DNA from: a virus
Taxonomy: Duplodnaviria; Caudoviricetes
IMG/VR virus record: IMGVR_UViG_3300049846_000231
Span: 1-26,444 of that record
DNA length: 26,444 nucleotides
Reading direction: 5' to 3' (one strand)
The notes beneath the pieces are model-generated. The model had not been told where the DNA came from, did not search any database, and was given only the letters and a program-made list of their open reading frames with translations. Positions 1 to 8,400 of the stretch are shown here, in pieces. Position 1 is the stretch's first letter. Every line of letters starts with the position of its first letter. A program made the position numbers and the translations under genes.

Positions 1-607
1 AGGCAGCGTGCGCGAGGCGGTGATTGCCAAGCAGAACACGACCGGCGGGCGCTTTGCTTCGGTGCCGTACTTCACCGATGGCGGTGGCATGGGTCGGAGG
101 CAATGCACCAGTGAATACAAGATCCAGCCCATCCGCCAGAAGGTGCGCGAACTGATCGGGCTTGGGAAAGGCGAGCGCGGCCCGAAAGAGGTGGCAGTTC
201 AGCAGTGGATTGGGATCAGCACGGACGAAATCCAGCGGCTGAAATACTCGCAGGATCGCTACATAGATAACCGCTGGCCCCTGATTGAAGCGCGCATGTC
301 TCGGCAGGATTGTCTGAAGTGGATGGAGCGCAACGGCTATCCGATGCCAGCGAAATCATCCTGCGTTGGTTGCCCGTATCACAGTGACGCTCAATGGCGA
401 GACATCCGCGACAACGATCCCGATTCCTGGGCCGATGCGGTCGAGGTGGACAGACTAATGCGGATAAACGGTCCGGTGCGCGGCATGACGCAACTGGAAT
501 ACATGCATCGATCCTGCAAGCCGTTGCCGGAAGTCGATCTATCCACAGCGGAAGATGCCGGGCAGATCAGTTTCTTGGACGAGTGCGACGGGATGTGTGG
601 GGTGTGA
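1..607 (+). CDS. PAPS-reductase-like / adenine nucleotide alpha-hydrolase family protein, Cys-rich (5'-truncated by window)
   Basis: Frame is open from the window edge. Motifs RQCTSEYKIQPI, WIGISTDE, RWPL, KSSCVGCPYHS and C-terminal ECDGMCGV are typical of phage PAPS-reductase-like proteins. Confidence 0.75.
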   Translation, partial: GSVREAVIAKQNTTGGRFASVPYFTDGGGMGRRQCTSEYKIQPIRQKVRELIGLGKGERGPKEVAVQQWIGISTDEIQRLKYSQDRYIDNRWPLIEARMSRQDCLKWMERNGYPMPAKSSCVGCPYHSDAQWRDIRDNDPDSWADAVEVDRLMRINGPVRGMTQLEYMHRSCKPLPEVDLSTAEDAGQISFLDECDGMCGV

Positions 608-609
608 CC

Positions 610-696
610 ATGCGAGACATCACATGGGATTTCTGCCTGATCCTCATCGGCGTGATGATCGGTCTGGCGATTCCGGTGCCGGTGCCGGTGCCGTAG
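610..696 (+). CDS. Small hydrophobic protein (28 aa, MRDITWDFCLILIGVMIGLAIPVPVPVP)
   Basis: ATG lies 2 nt after the upstream stop; one TM-like segment; fills the gap to the next gene. Confidence 0.5.
   Translation: MRDITWDFCLILIGVMIGLAIPVPVPVP
673..693 (+). repeat. Hexamer tandem repeat (CCGGTG)x3.5
   Basis: ccggtg ccggtg ccggtg ccg, encoding PVPVPVP. Confidence 0.85.
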
Positions 697-705
697 GGGG
701 AAGCA

Positions 706-1077
706 ATGGGCGTTGAAGCATTGAAAGAACACTGTGACGCGCTGGTGGCAGAGATCGACCGCCTCCGCGCGGAGAACGCTACGTTGCGCGAACGGGAAGA
801 AAACGCGGTGTGCATCCGCTGCGGTTTCCCCGCGCTCCAGACGGCAAACGCTGAAGGGGTTGCAAGACTGCGCCAGAGGATCGCGGAACTGGAGGCACAG
901 AACGCTGCGCTCTACGATGTAGCGAGCGAAACCTATGCGTTGCGCCGCAGGATCGCGGAACTGGAGGCGGCGAGCCGTAAGGCGATTCTCGCTCTTGCTC
1001 ACGCGAACGAAAGCGCGCCGGGGCTGTACGACGAAGCCTACAACGCAATCGAAGCAGCACTCAGCGGCAGGGGGTGA
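706..1077 (+). CDS. Coiled-coil phage accessory protein (Ead/Ea22-like style), with CxxC
   Basis: RBS-like AGGGGGA before the ATG; heptad segments LVAEIDRLRAEN and RIAELEA x2; CIRC. Confidence 0.7.
   Translation: MGVEALKEHCDALVAEIDRLRAENATLREREENAVCIRCGFPALQTANAEGVARLRQRIAELEAQNAALYDVASETYALRRRIAELEAASRKAILALAHANESAPGLYDEAYNAIEAALSGRG
877..968 (+). repeat. 20-bp direct repeat AGGATCGCGGAACTGGAGGC
   Basis: Exact copies at 877-896 and 949-968 (72-nt period, in frame). Confidence 0.9.
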
Positions 1078-1079
1078 GC

Positions 1080-1211
1080 ATGAGGACAATCGGAATGCTG
1101 ATGTGTCTGCTTCTCGCCGCCGTGGCGATTTTTGTGGGAAGCCCCGGTGACGCGGGGCCGTATATCGCGGAATTTTGGGTTATCTGGGCGCTCAGCGGCA
1201 GGGAGGGGTGA
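1080..1211 (+). CDS. Small membrane protein (43 aa, MRTIGMLMCLLLAAVAIFVGSPGDAGPYIAEFWVIWALSGREG)
   Basis: ATG 2 nt after the upstream stop, GGGGTGA RBS-like sequence, hydrophobic N-terminus. Read by hand; not in the ORF track. Confidence 0.55.
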   Translation: MRTIGMLMCLLLAAVAIFVGSPGDAGPYIAEFWVIWALSGREG

Positions 1212-1341
1212 GATTCGAACCCTCACGGTATCATTCAGGTGCGCGACTGTGCTCATTCGCGCCCTGACATTTCAAACACTTACCAGTGCGGCGCTCATCC
1301 TTGCGCATTGCCGCGCACACCAAGTGGGGAAAAAGTGGGGA
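1195..1341. other. att-like region: degenerate tRNA 3'-end, IHF-like site, arm-type direct repeats
   Basis: Minus strand 1230-1195 reads TACCGTGAGGGTTCGAATCTCACCCCTCCCTGCCGC (T-arm-like). TTTCAAACACTTA at 1270-1282 is one mismatch from WATCAANNNNTTR. AAGTGGGGA occurs at 1322-1330 and 1333-1341. Confidence 0.5.
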
Positions 1342-1345
1342 TGGA

Positions 1346-1756
1346 TCACGCCTTCCCCTTGATCCGCTCGAACGAGCGCATCCCTCCGAAGCCCAACATG
1401 CCGCCGAGCATCACCAGCAGATCCCAAGTGTCGATTGCCGGGGGCACGGCCCAGCCTTGGATGCCCGACAGCCAGGCGAGCAGGGGCTGGCCGAGGTAGG
1501 TGTAGCACATGCCCGCCACGCACACCCAGCCCACCGCCGGTCGCCAGCCGCCTCGGAAGCCATCCGGCGAGCTTGCCTCGGCCTCGTTGATGCGGGTCTG
1601 TGCCAGCATGATCTGCAGGTCGTTGTCGATCTGCTTGAACTCGCCGGCCTGCTGGAGCTTCAGCACCTCGAGTTGCGCCGCGGCCTTGGCTGCGGGGTCT
1701 GGGATGACCTTGTCCACAATGCCAATGATGGCGGGCAGGAGCGTTTCGATGATCAT
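1346..1756 (-). CDS. Holin, 3TM family (GTA_holin_3TM-like)
   Basis: IVDKVIPDP, GWRPAVGWVC and LGGMLGFGGMRSFERIKG signatures; lies in the lysis cassette. Confidence 0.88.
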   Translation of the reverse strand: MIIETLLPAIIGIVDKVIPDPAAKAAAQLEVLKLQQAGEFKQIDNDLQIMLAQTRINEAEASSPDGFRGGWRPAVGWVCVAGMCYTYLGQPLLAWLSGIQGWAVPPAIDTWDLLVMLGGMLGFGGMRSFERIKGKA

Positions 1757-1995
1757 TCTGGCCTCCTCGCTCTGACGATTTCGATCTCAAGGCGGTGGAT
1801 CTCGCGCTGCTGGTCGTCGTGCTTTGCGATCCCTTCGGCGCGGAGCTCCTCGATCTGGGCGAAGGCCCGGGCCAGCGACTCGCTGTGGCGGTCGAGCTTC
1901 TCCTTGTGCCAGGCCATGTTCGCCTTCAACACCACGACCGTGCCCAGAGCCGACATGCCCATGCTCACAACGATCGTGAGCACCTGGTCGATCAC
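1753..1995 (-). CDS. Lysis-cassette membrane protein (N-terminal TM plus coiled coil, 80 aa)
   Basis: GTG start overlaps the upstream stop (GTGA); MIDQVLTIVVSMGMSALGTVVVL is followed by a helical charged segment; stop overlaps the holin ATG. Confidence 0.7.
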   Translation of the reverse strand: MIDQVLTIVVSMGMSALGTVVVLKANMAWHKEKLDRHSESLARAFAQIEELRAEGIAKHDDQQREIHRLEIEIVRARRPE

Positions 1996-2066
1996 AGCAG
2001 GTCCGCCAGCCAGAGCACGGCAGCGAAGGCACCCAGCATCAGCGCGATGATGATCACGTCCTTCAC
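1992..2066 (-). CDS. 24-aa single-TM peptide (MKDVIIIALMLGAFAAVLWLADLL)
   Basis: GTGA overlaps at both ends; exactly fills the gap between endolysin and the next gene. Confidence 0.55.
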   Translation of the reverse strand: MKDVIIIALMLGAFAAVLWLADLL

Positions 2067-2401
2067 CTCCGGCCTTCCCACTCGAGGCTGTAGTGGTTTG
2101 CGTCTCCGGGGATCCGCCGGCCACCGCCGATCGACTCCCAGAAGTCCTTCAGCGGCGCGTGGGCCTCGTCGGTGGTGAGGTACTTCCCATCCTTGAACAG
2201 ATTCAAATCGACGGCCAGGCGCAGCTTGTGGCAGCTGTAGGCGGCGCTGTAGCTGTTCGCCAGCTTCTCGCCGCTCGCCCCGTGCACCCGCGGGTCGCGG
2301 TAAGCATCGCCGAAGGTGAGCTCGTAGCCCTCTTCGTAGGCGTGTTCGATCAGCCGCGCGATCATGCGCGTGAACTTCCGCTGCGCATCGCCGAGTGTCA
2401 T
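2063..2401 (-). CDS. Endolysin, M15-family zinc peptidase (L-Ala-D-Glu peptidase-like)
   Basis: GDAYR, SCHKLRLAVD (SxHxxxxAxD) and DANHYS motifs; start MTLGDAQRKF overlaps the upstream stop. Confidence 0.88.
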   Translation of the reverse strand: MTLGDAQRKFTRMIARLIEHAYEEGYELTFGDAYRDPRVHGASGEKLANSYSAAYSCHKLRLAVDLNLFKDGKYLTTDEAHAPLKDFWESIGGGRRIPGDANHYSLEWEGRR

Positions 2402-2682
2402 AGCGCGTACTCCACGTAGACCGCCACCGCGAGGACTGCGGCCACCGGAACCGCCAGGTCGAGCTTCGCGTCGGTGCTCCAGTTTGCGATGTCCATCCCA
2501 TCCCACGGGCGCAGACCCTTCACGCTCGCGCCAGCAGTCAGCTTGTACTCCCTCTGCGCGTGCTCGCGGCCGAGGTAGAACAGCGCCCCGCCCGCGGCGC
2601 CCGCCCACCAGTTGCCAGTCGAGAGTCCCACGATCAGTTGAAACGCCAGCGCGAAGGCGGCGTGGATCAGTGCGGTCTTCAT
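2398..2682 (-). CDS. Hypothetical phage membrane protein
   Basis: 94 aa, three hydrophobic segments, FYLGREHAQREY motif; GGAGGGA RBS. Confidence 0.75.
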   Translation of the reverse strand: MKTALIHAAFALAFQLIVGLSTGNWWAGAAGGALFYLGREHAQREYKLTAGASVKGLRPWDGMDIANWSTDAKLDLAVPVAAVLAVAVYVEYAL

Positions 2683-2698
2683 TCGAGAGTCCCTCCGA

Positions 2699-5395
2699 TC
2701 AGGTGTCGTACAGCAGTTTGTAGGTGGTGCCGTTGATCTTCATCGTCACGTACTGCTTGCCTGCGCCAGCAGACCCCGTGCCGCCCGTGGTCACACCGGA
2801 CTGCACGATGTCGTTGATGTAGCCCGAGGCCCAACGGTTTGTCGTCTTGCCGAGCGACATCGTGCCGGCAGCGATTGGACGCAGCCCACCGGCTTCGACG
2901 AAAACCTCATCGCCACCGCCCGCCTCCAGCCGCACGTCGCCCGAGCCCTTGGCCTTCAGCCTCAAGCCGTCGCCCGACGAGCGCATCAGCGGCGGATCGT
3001 CCACGTCTGTCGTGTCAGCGTCAGCAAGCTCCAGCGCGGCACCGTAGGAACTGGAGTTCCCTGACACGAATCTCATCACCGCGATGTTGCTGGAGTTCGA
3101 GATAACCGTGTGCCTGCCGACGACGCGCACGTCGTAGGGCGCCAGCGCGTTTGCCTTGGTGTAGTTCGGCCCCCATGTCTGCGAGGCGTAAGGCAGGAAC
3201 TGGACAATGGGCACCGTGCCATTGGTGAGGGTGCTGCTGACAGCGACCACATCGGTGACCCAGATCCAGTACGGCTGCGAATCGCCCATCGCAAAGATGC
3301 CGAACATCTGATCCAGCGACACATCGCTGGCGCTGCACAGCAGGACCACATTGCTGATGCGGACGTTGTGGTCAAAGATGTCCACGCGCCCGTTGTCGAT
3401 GTAGCATCCCGTCACGACGATGCCGCCACTGCGCAGATCCATGTTGCGCGGATTGTCCACGACCAGATGGCCCGAACCGCCTGCGTAGGTGTGGTTCCCG
3501 CTGAACAGGCAGGTGCCCGCCTGGTAGTCGTGGAAGAAGTTGATCGAGTGCCAGCGGATGATGTTGTTGACGATTTTGTTGTCCACGTGGTGGTTCCACA
3601 GCCCACGTGCGGTCCAGTTGTCCTGGTCGGAGAAAAGCGCATCGCCGTTGCGCAGGCCGGTCATCAGGCAATTGCGCACCCACGTGTCGCCGGCATCCAG
3701 CCTCGCGGAGTAGCACAGGGCGCTGATGATTTCGCAGCCCTCGATGTTCACTGCGCTGCTGCTCGACAGCACGCCCGCGCACTTGCGGTTGCTGAACACG
3801 ATCGCGTTGGACAGTTTCACCGAGGGCGAGGCGATCTCGATCAGCGGAGAGCACCACGCCTTCTCGGTACGCTGCAGCGCATCAAAGTAGCGGCGGTATC
3901 CCAACTCGAACAGCGATGCGCCGTCAAAGTGAATCGTGTCTCCGGCATCGGTCAGCCCGGCGGACTCGGCCCACATCGTCATGCCCGGGTTGTCGAGCCA
4001 GTACTGGTGGATGCCGGTGGTGTTTTCGTCATAGGCCGCATTCCCGTCGAACAACTCGCCGAGAATCACGGCGGTGTTTGCGACCGACCACCACGCCTCG
4101 GCCTCGAGCAGCGTGAACAGGCTGCCGAGCTTGGTCTCGTACTGGTTCGCGGTGTCGGCGCTGTTGTTCTCGCCCTGCTGCCACAGGAACACATCGACAT
4201 CCGCCGTCGAACTGATAGCCGCCAGCGCGGCCTCGAGTTGCGTTTTCAGCGCAGCGTAGCGGGCGCTCGACGTGCCGAGGTCGATCCACTCCGAGATGTT
4301 CTGGTTGCCCTTGCACTCGATCACCAACCGGATGGGGCGGTTCGATGCCTCCTGCAGGCGGTGCGCGAACGCAAGCGCCGGGCAGTTGACGCCACCACCC
4401 AGCGAAACCGTCGAGCCTGCCACGTAGTAGGTCACGTTCTCGAAGTCGGGGTTCTGGATCCACGACCCTGCTCCACCAGAAACCGTCGCCAGCCAGGCGT
4501 ACACCTGCGTGTTGCTCGGGAACGTGCCGCCGGTCGAGCCGGGATTGCCGCGCATGTTGCTCTGGCCCGAGGCCAGCACGATCAGCGGCGTGTCATCCCA
4601 CGTGCCGTCGATGGCGTAGTAGGTGCCACCGCTGTAGGTAAGTCCCTCGCCCTCCAGCGTCACCGTGCTGCCGAGTGCGAAGGTGTTGCCGGAAAGGCCA
4701 ATGCCGCGCACCTCGATGGCGGACCCCTCCGAAGTGATTCCGTCGTTCAGCGACGTGGCATACGCAACCGCCAGCGCAATCGCCGCGGAATCGTCAGTCA
4801 CGCCGTCGCCGACCGCGCCGAAGTCGGCGTAGGAGATCCACTCCCGCGCCTTCGCCTGGGCCAGCCGGGACACTGCGCCGGTGCCACTCTGCACGTACTG
4901 CACCGCGCCTGCGTAAGACTCCTGCGCGCCAAGCGAGAGCCCGTTCCCGTCGCCGTTGATCATCAGGAAACTGTCGGGCGTCAGCGTGGCCGGCAGCGTC
5001 AGGTCAACAGTACCCACGGCGCTGTCAGGCTGACGCACGGCGCGGGTGATCTGCGAGCGCAGGCGCTGCAGGCCCATCACGATGCGGTCGAGAGCAGTCT
5101 CATGCGACGAGGCGGGGAATGCGTCGTTCGGCGTGTAGTCAGTCGCCTGCGTGAGCGCCGGGTCGCGAAGGATCACGACCGTGTCGTCCACCGCCGGGGC
5201 GGTCACGAACACCACGCTGCCGCCCGAGGGACTGCCCGCGCCCGTGACCGTGTAGTGCGTGGTCAGCGTCTTCAGGGTCGTGCCCTGATACACCGCCAGG
5301 TCGGAGCTCGACAGGAAGTAGTAGGGGAATGAGAAGGTCGTCGTGACCCCGTTGCCCACGTACTCGATGCGGCTCGTCGTCGTCGAAAGGGTCAT
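2699..5395 (-). CDS. Tail fibre/tailspike: T7 gp17-like N-terminal anchor, beta-helix body, inserted SGNH (SASA-type) acetylesterase
   Basis: YVGNGVTTTFSFPY...HETALDRIVM anchor; DFGAVGDGVTDDSAAI beta-helix cap; GQSN / QGENN / DTIH esterase blocks. Confidence 0.88.
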   Translation of the reverse strand: MTLSTTTSRIEYVGNGVTTTFSFPYYFLSSSDLAVYQGTTLKTLTTHYTVTGAGSPSGGSVVFVTAPAVDDTVVILRDPALTQATDYTPNDAFPASSHETALDRIVMGLQRLRSQITRAVRQPDSAVGTVDLTLPATLTPDSFLMINGDGNGLSLGAQESYAGAVQYVQSGTGAVSRLAQAKAREWISYADFGAVGDGVTDDSAAIALAVAYATSLNDGITSEGSAIEVRGIGLSGNTFALGSTVTLEGEGLTYSGGTYYAIDGTWDDTPLIVLASGQSNMRGNPGSTGGTFPSNTQVYAWLATVSGGAGSWIQNPDFENVTYYVAGSTVSLGGGVNCPALAFAHRLQEASNRPIRLVIECKGNQNISEWIDLGTSSARYAALKTQLEAALAAISSTADVDVFLWQQGENNSADTANQYETKLGSLFTLLEAEAWWSVANTAVILGELFDGNAAYDENTTGIHQYWLDNPGMTMWAESAGLTDAGDTIHFDGASLFELGYRRYFDALQRTEKAWCSPLIEIASPSVKLSNAIVFSNRKCAGVLSSSSAVNIEGCEIISALCYSARLDAGDTWVRNCLMTGLRNGDALFSDQDNWTARGLWNHHVDNKIVNNIIRWHSINFFHDYQAGTCLFSGNHTYAGGSGHLVVDNPRNMDLRSGGIVVTGCYIDNGRVDIFDHNVRISNVVLLCSASDVSLDQMFGIFAMGDSQPYWIWVTDVVAVSSTLTNGTVPIVQFLPYASQTWGPNYTKANALAPYDVRVVGRHTVISNSSNIAVMRFVSGNSSSYGAALELADADTTDVDDPPLMRSSGDGLRLKAKGSGDVRLEAGGGDEVFVEAGGLRPIAAGTMSLGKTTNRWASGYINDIVQSGVTTGGTGSAGAGKQYVTMKINGTTYKLLYDT

Positions 5396-5410
5396 CGCTC
5401 AATCCTCCGG

Positions 5411-8400
5411 TCAGTCTTTCGGCGGCGGCCCGAGCAGGATCGCTCCCGGCCCCGCGTCTCCGTTCTCCCACGCCTGCCAGCCGCGGTAGCTTCTGATCAG
5501 CTGCGTCACCGGCAGGCCGAACAGCGAGCCCAGAAGGCGGATGTAGGAGAGCACCAGCGCCTCGTCCACCTCGCCCTGCGCCGTCTGCTGGCCCGCCTTC
5601 CCGATGTCCGCCACAGCGCGCCCCACGGGCGGCCCTGAGTAGTCGTAGCCCGAGACCACGCCGCTCAGTTCGCGCACGCCGACCAGCATCCCCAGCAGGT
5701 AGCTGGCCTGGGCCTGCGCGAGCTTCTTCGCCAGATCCTCGGGCTCGTTGTCGTCACCGCGGGCCATCGCCAGCACCAGCGCCGGCCCCAGCGCGGACGC
5801 CACGAACAGTAGCGCCATGTCCGAGATCCAACCGGCCACTGCGCGCGGGTTGCGGAAATTCGTCTCGCCGGTCTTCTCCACCGCCAATTGCAGCGTGGCG
5901 TTGAAGTAGCTGTAGAACATCGACAGCATCGGGTGATGCCGCTGCACGGGCGCCAGGTCTTTCGTCTGTCCGCCCCCCTGGGACTCCAGCACGGCGCGAT
6001 CGGCCTGGGCCACCGCCTCGGCCTCGTCGCCGGTCTCCGCGAGCACCTTCTCGTACTCGCCGAACCACGTCGGGATGTCGGCCAGCGCCTGCATCTTCCG
6101 CATGGCGAGGAACAGGCCGGTGTCGAGCACCTCGGCCGCCTTGCTCTTCGCCTTCAGCTTGTTCTGGATCTCGAACAGTTCGCGGTTCATCGTCTTCTGG
6201 CGCAGGCGCATGAACTCCGATTTCTCGGAAATCTGCGCGTAGGCGCCGAGGGGATTCCCCGCCCAGCGCTTGAAGCCGCGCAACACGTTCGCCGCCCCGA
6301 TGCGCGGGATCGACTGCAGCACGCCGAAGGGCTGCAGCAGCGCCGTGGTCATCGAGAAGCCCATCACCGAGCGCGAGATGTTGTTCCGCAGGAACTGCAT
6401 CGCGTTGTCGACCGAGGTCATCGTCTGCACGTCGCCCGTGGCGATGCCGTCCAGCGAGTCCTTGATGACAGCCAGCACTTCGTGCCCGTAGTGCGCGCGG
6501 ATGGTGGTCGTGATCGCCTCCGCGGACATCAGGCGGTTGGCGTCGATCAGCCACTCATGCCACACCAGGTCATGCACCACCTCGTTGACGTGGGCAGGGA
6601 TCACGCCAAGGTCGAGGCGCACCGCGCGCTTCAGCGTGTCCACGCGCGCCTTCGTGTGCCCGCGCCGGGTAGTCGCCCGGGTGAAGGCGCCGCGCTTCAT
6701 CTCCTCGGCCACCTGCGCTGCCTGCTGCGCGCTGGCGCGGTCGTTGCGCGTGGCGTCGTACTTCAGCGGGTAGTAGCCCCCACGCATCCGCACCCGCGAG
6801 CCGTCCGCCGCGGTGACCTCGAAGGGCACGGCCTCGACCTTCTTCTCGGCGACACCGCTGACCCGCTCCTGCTTCGCCTTCACTTCCGGCCAGAAGGAAT
6901 CGATGTACTCCCACACGTCGTTGACGAACTGCAGTTCAGCCGGCGACAGGGTCCGCGCGATCTCCTCGATCTGCGCTTCCCCGACACCGTTGCCGTCGTC
7001 GAGGCGCTGGCGGTTGGTGGCGTTGCCGGCGTTCAGCATCACCGCGATGCGGCCCTGCCGGGACACAGACGTGCCCAGGCTGCGGATGTAGACCTTGCCG
7101 CCCTCAAAGCCACCCGGCAGCGCCAGGATCGGCTTCATCAGCCGCAGCATCTCCTCGGTGGCCTTCTCGATCCGCACGGCCTCGTCGGTGCCGCGCTCCT
7201 GCATCCCGCGGCCCAGCGTGTTCCACAGGATGCCGTGCTCGTTGCCGCCGTCCATCTGGCGCCACAGCGAGGCGAGCTTGCGGTGCTCGGCCTTGAACTT
7301 CTTCCACCACGACAGCACGCCCTCGGTCGGCGTCTCGAACGGCTGCGCGATCTCGCCCTTGGCGTTGTCGGCGATGCTGTTGGAAATCTCGGCCACCGTC
7401 GCCTCGAAGGCGGCCTGCTTCTGCGCCGTCAGCAGGCGGTGCTTCACCCGCCCGAGGTGCTCGATGTTCGCCACCGCGTCGGTCAGGCCGCGCAGTTGCT
7501 CGACAGTCATCTCCTTGAACGAGGTGCGGCGCAGCTGCTCGAGCATGTCCGCGTCGAGGATCGGGTCCAGACCCTGCGCCTTCTGCTCCTCGATCCACGC
7601 CTGCATCGACTGCCGGCGGGCGATGTCAGCGCCGCTGGTGGACTTGCGCAGATCCACCGCCTCGAGCAGGGCGTCGATCTGCTGCAGGTACTCGGGATCG
7701 ACCTTCGCGCGGATGCCCTCCCTGTCGAACTTCTTCAGGTAGCGGACCAGCCCGTCCACCTCGGTCTGCGCCTCGAGCAGGGCGGCGACCAGTTGGTTGT
7801 GCAGCAGCTGATCCTTCCGCGCCTGGATCGCCTCGGCGGTCTTCGCCTTTTTCGTGGACGCGCCGGCCTTCTGCGCCGCCTTTGCCTCGGCCGCCCGGTG
7901 CTGCTGCGTGGCGCGCTTCAGGTCGATCACCTTCTTCATGGCGACCGTCTGCGCGGCGAACTGCTTCGCGGCGTGCAGCAGGACGTTGCGGGTCATCCGC
8001 CGGCCGGCGGCGTTCGTGCCCACCACCTCCCGCTCGCCCAGCGCCTTCTCCTGCGCGGTGAGCTCGGCAGCGATCGCCCGTGCCCGGGCCTCGTTGTGGA
8101 CGGCCTCGTCCGCCGCCCGCTCCATAGCCTCGGCGTCGGTCAGTTCCCCGTGCCGCTCCAGCATCCGCTGTTCGGCCAGGCGCTCGATCTGCTCCTTCGC
8201 CGGCGGGGTCTCCTTCAGGGCGATCTGCAGGTGGTCACCGGACGAGAAGCCGAAGCGATCCGCCACGGCATCCATCTGCACCTCGGGCAGCTTCGCCACC
8301 GGGCGCGGGTTCGCGGTCTCCCACTCCAGCACCGCGGCGTCGGCCTGGTTGGTCACCTGCCGCCGGGCAGAGGACACCGCGCGCATCCGCTGGAACGGCG

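Noticed and set aside
673-693. (CCGGTG)n as a phase-variation switch
   Set aside because: The hexamer unit keeps the frame and sits at the very end of a tiny ORF.
1195-1300. Intact tRNA gene
   Set aside because: Only a distorted T-arm and 3' acceptor half are visible; no matching 5' half or anticodon arm.
2699-5395. Diversity-generating retroelement, expected from the BPP-1-like architecture
   Set aside because: No reverse transcriptase in the window, and I noticed no TR/VR repeat pair.
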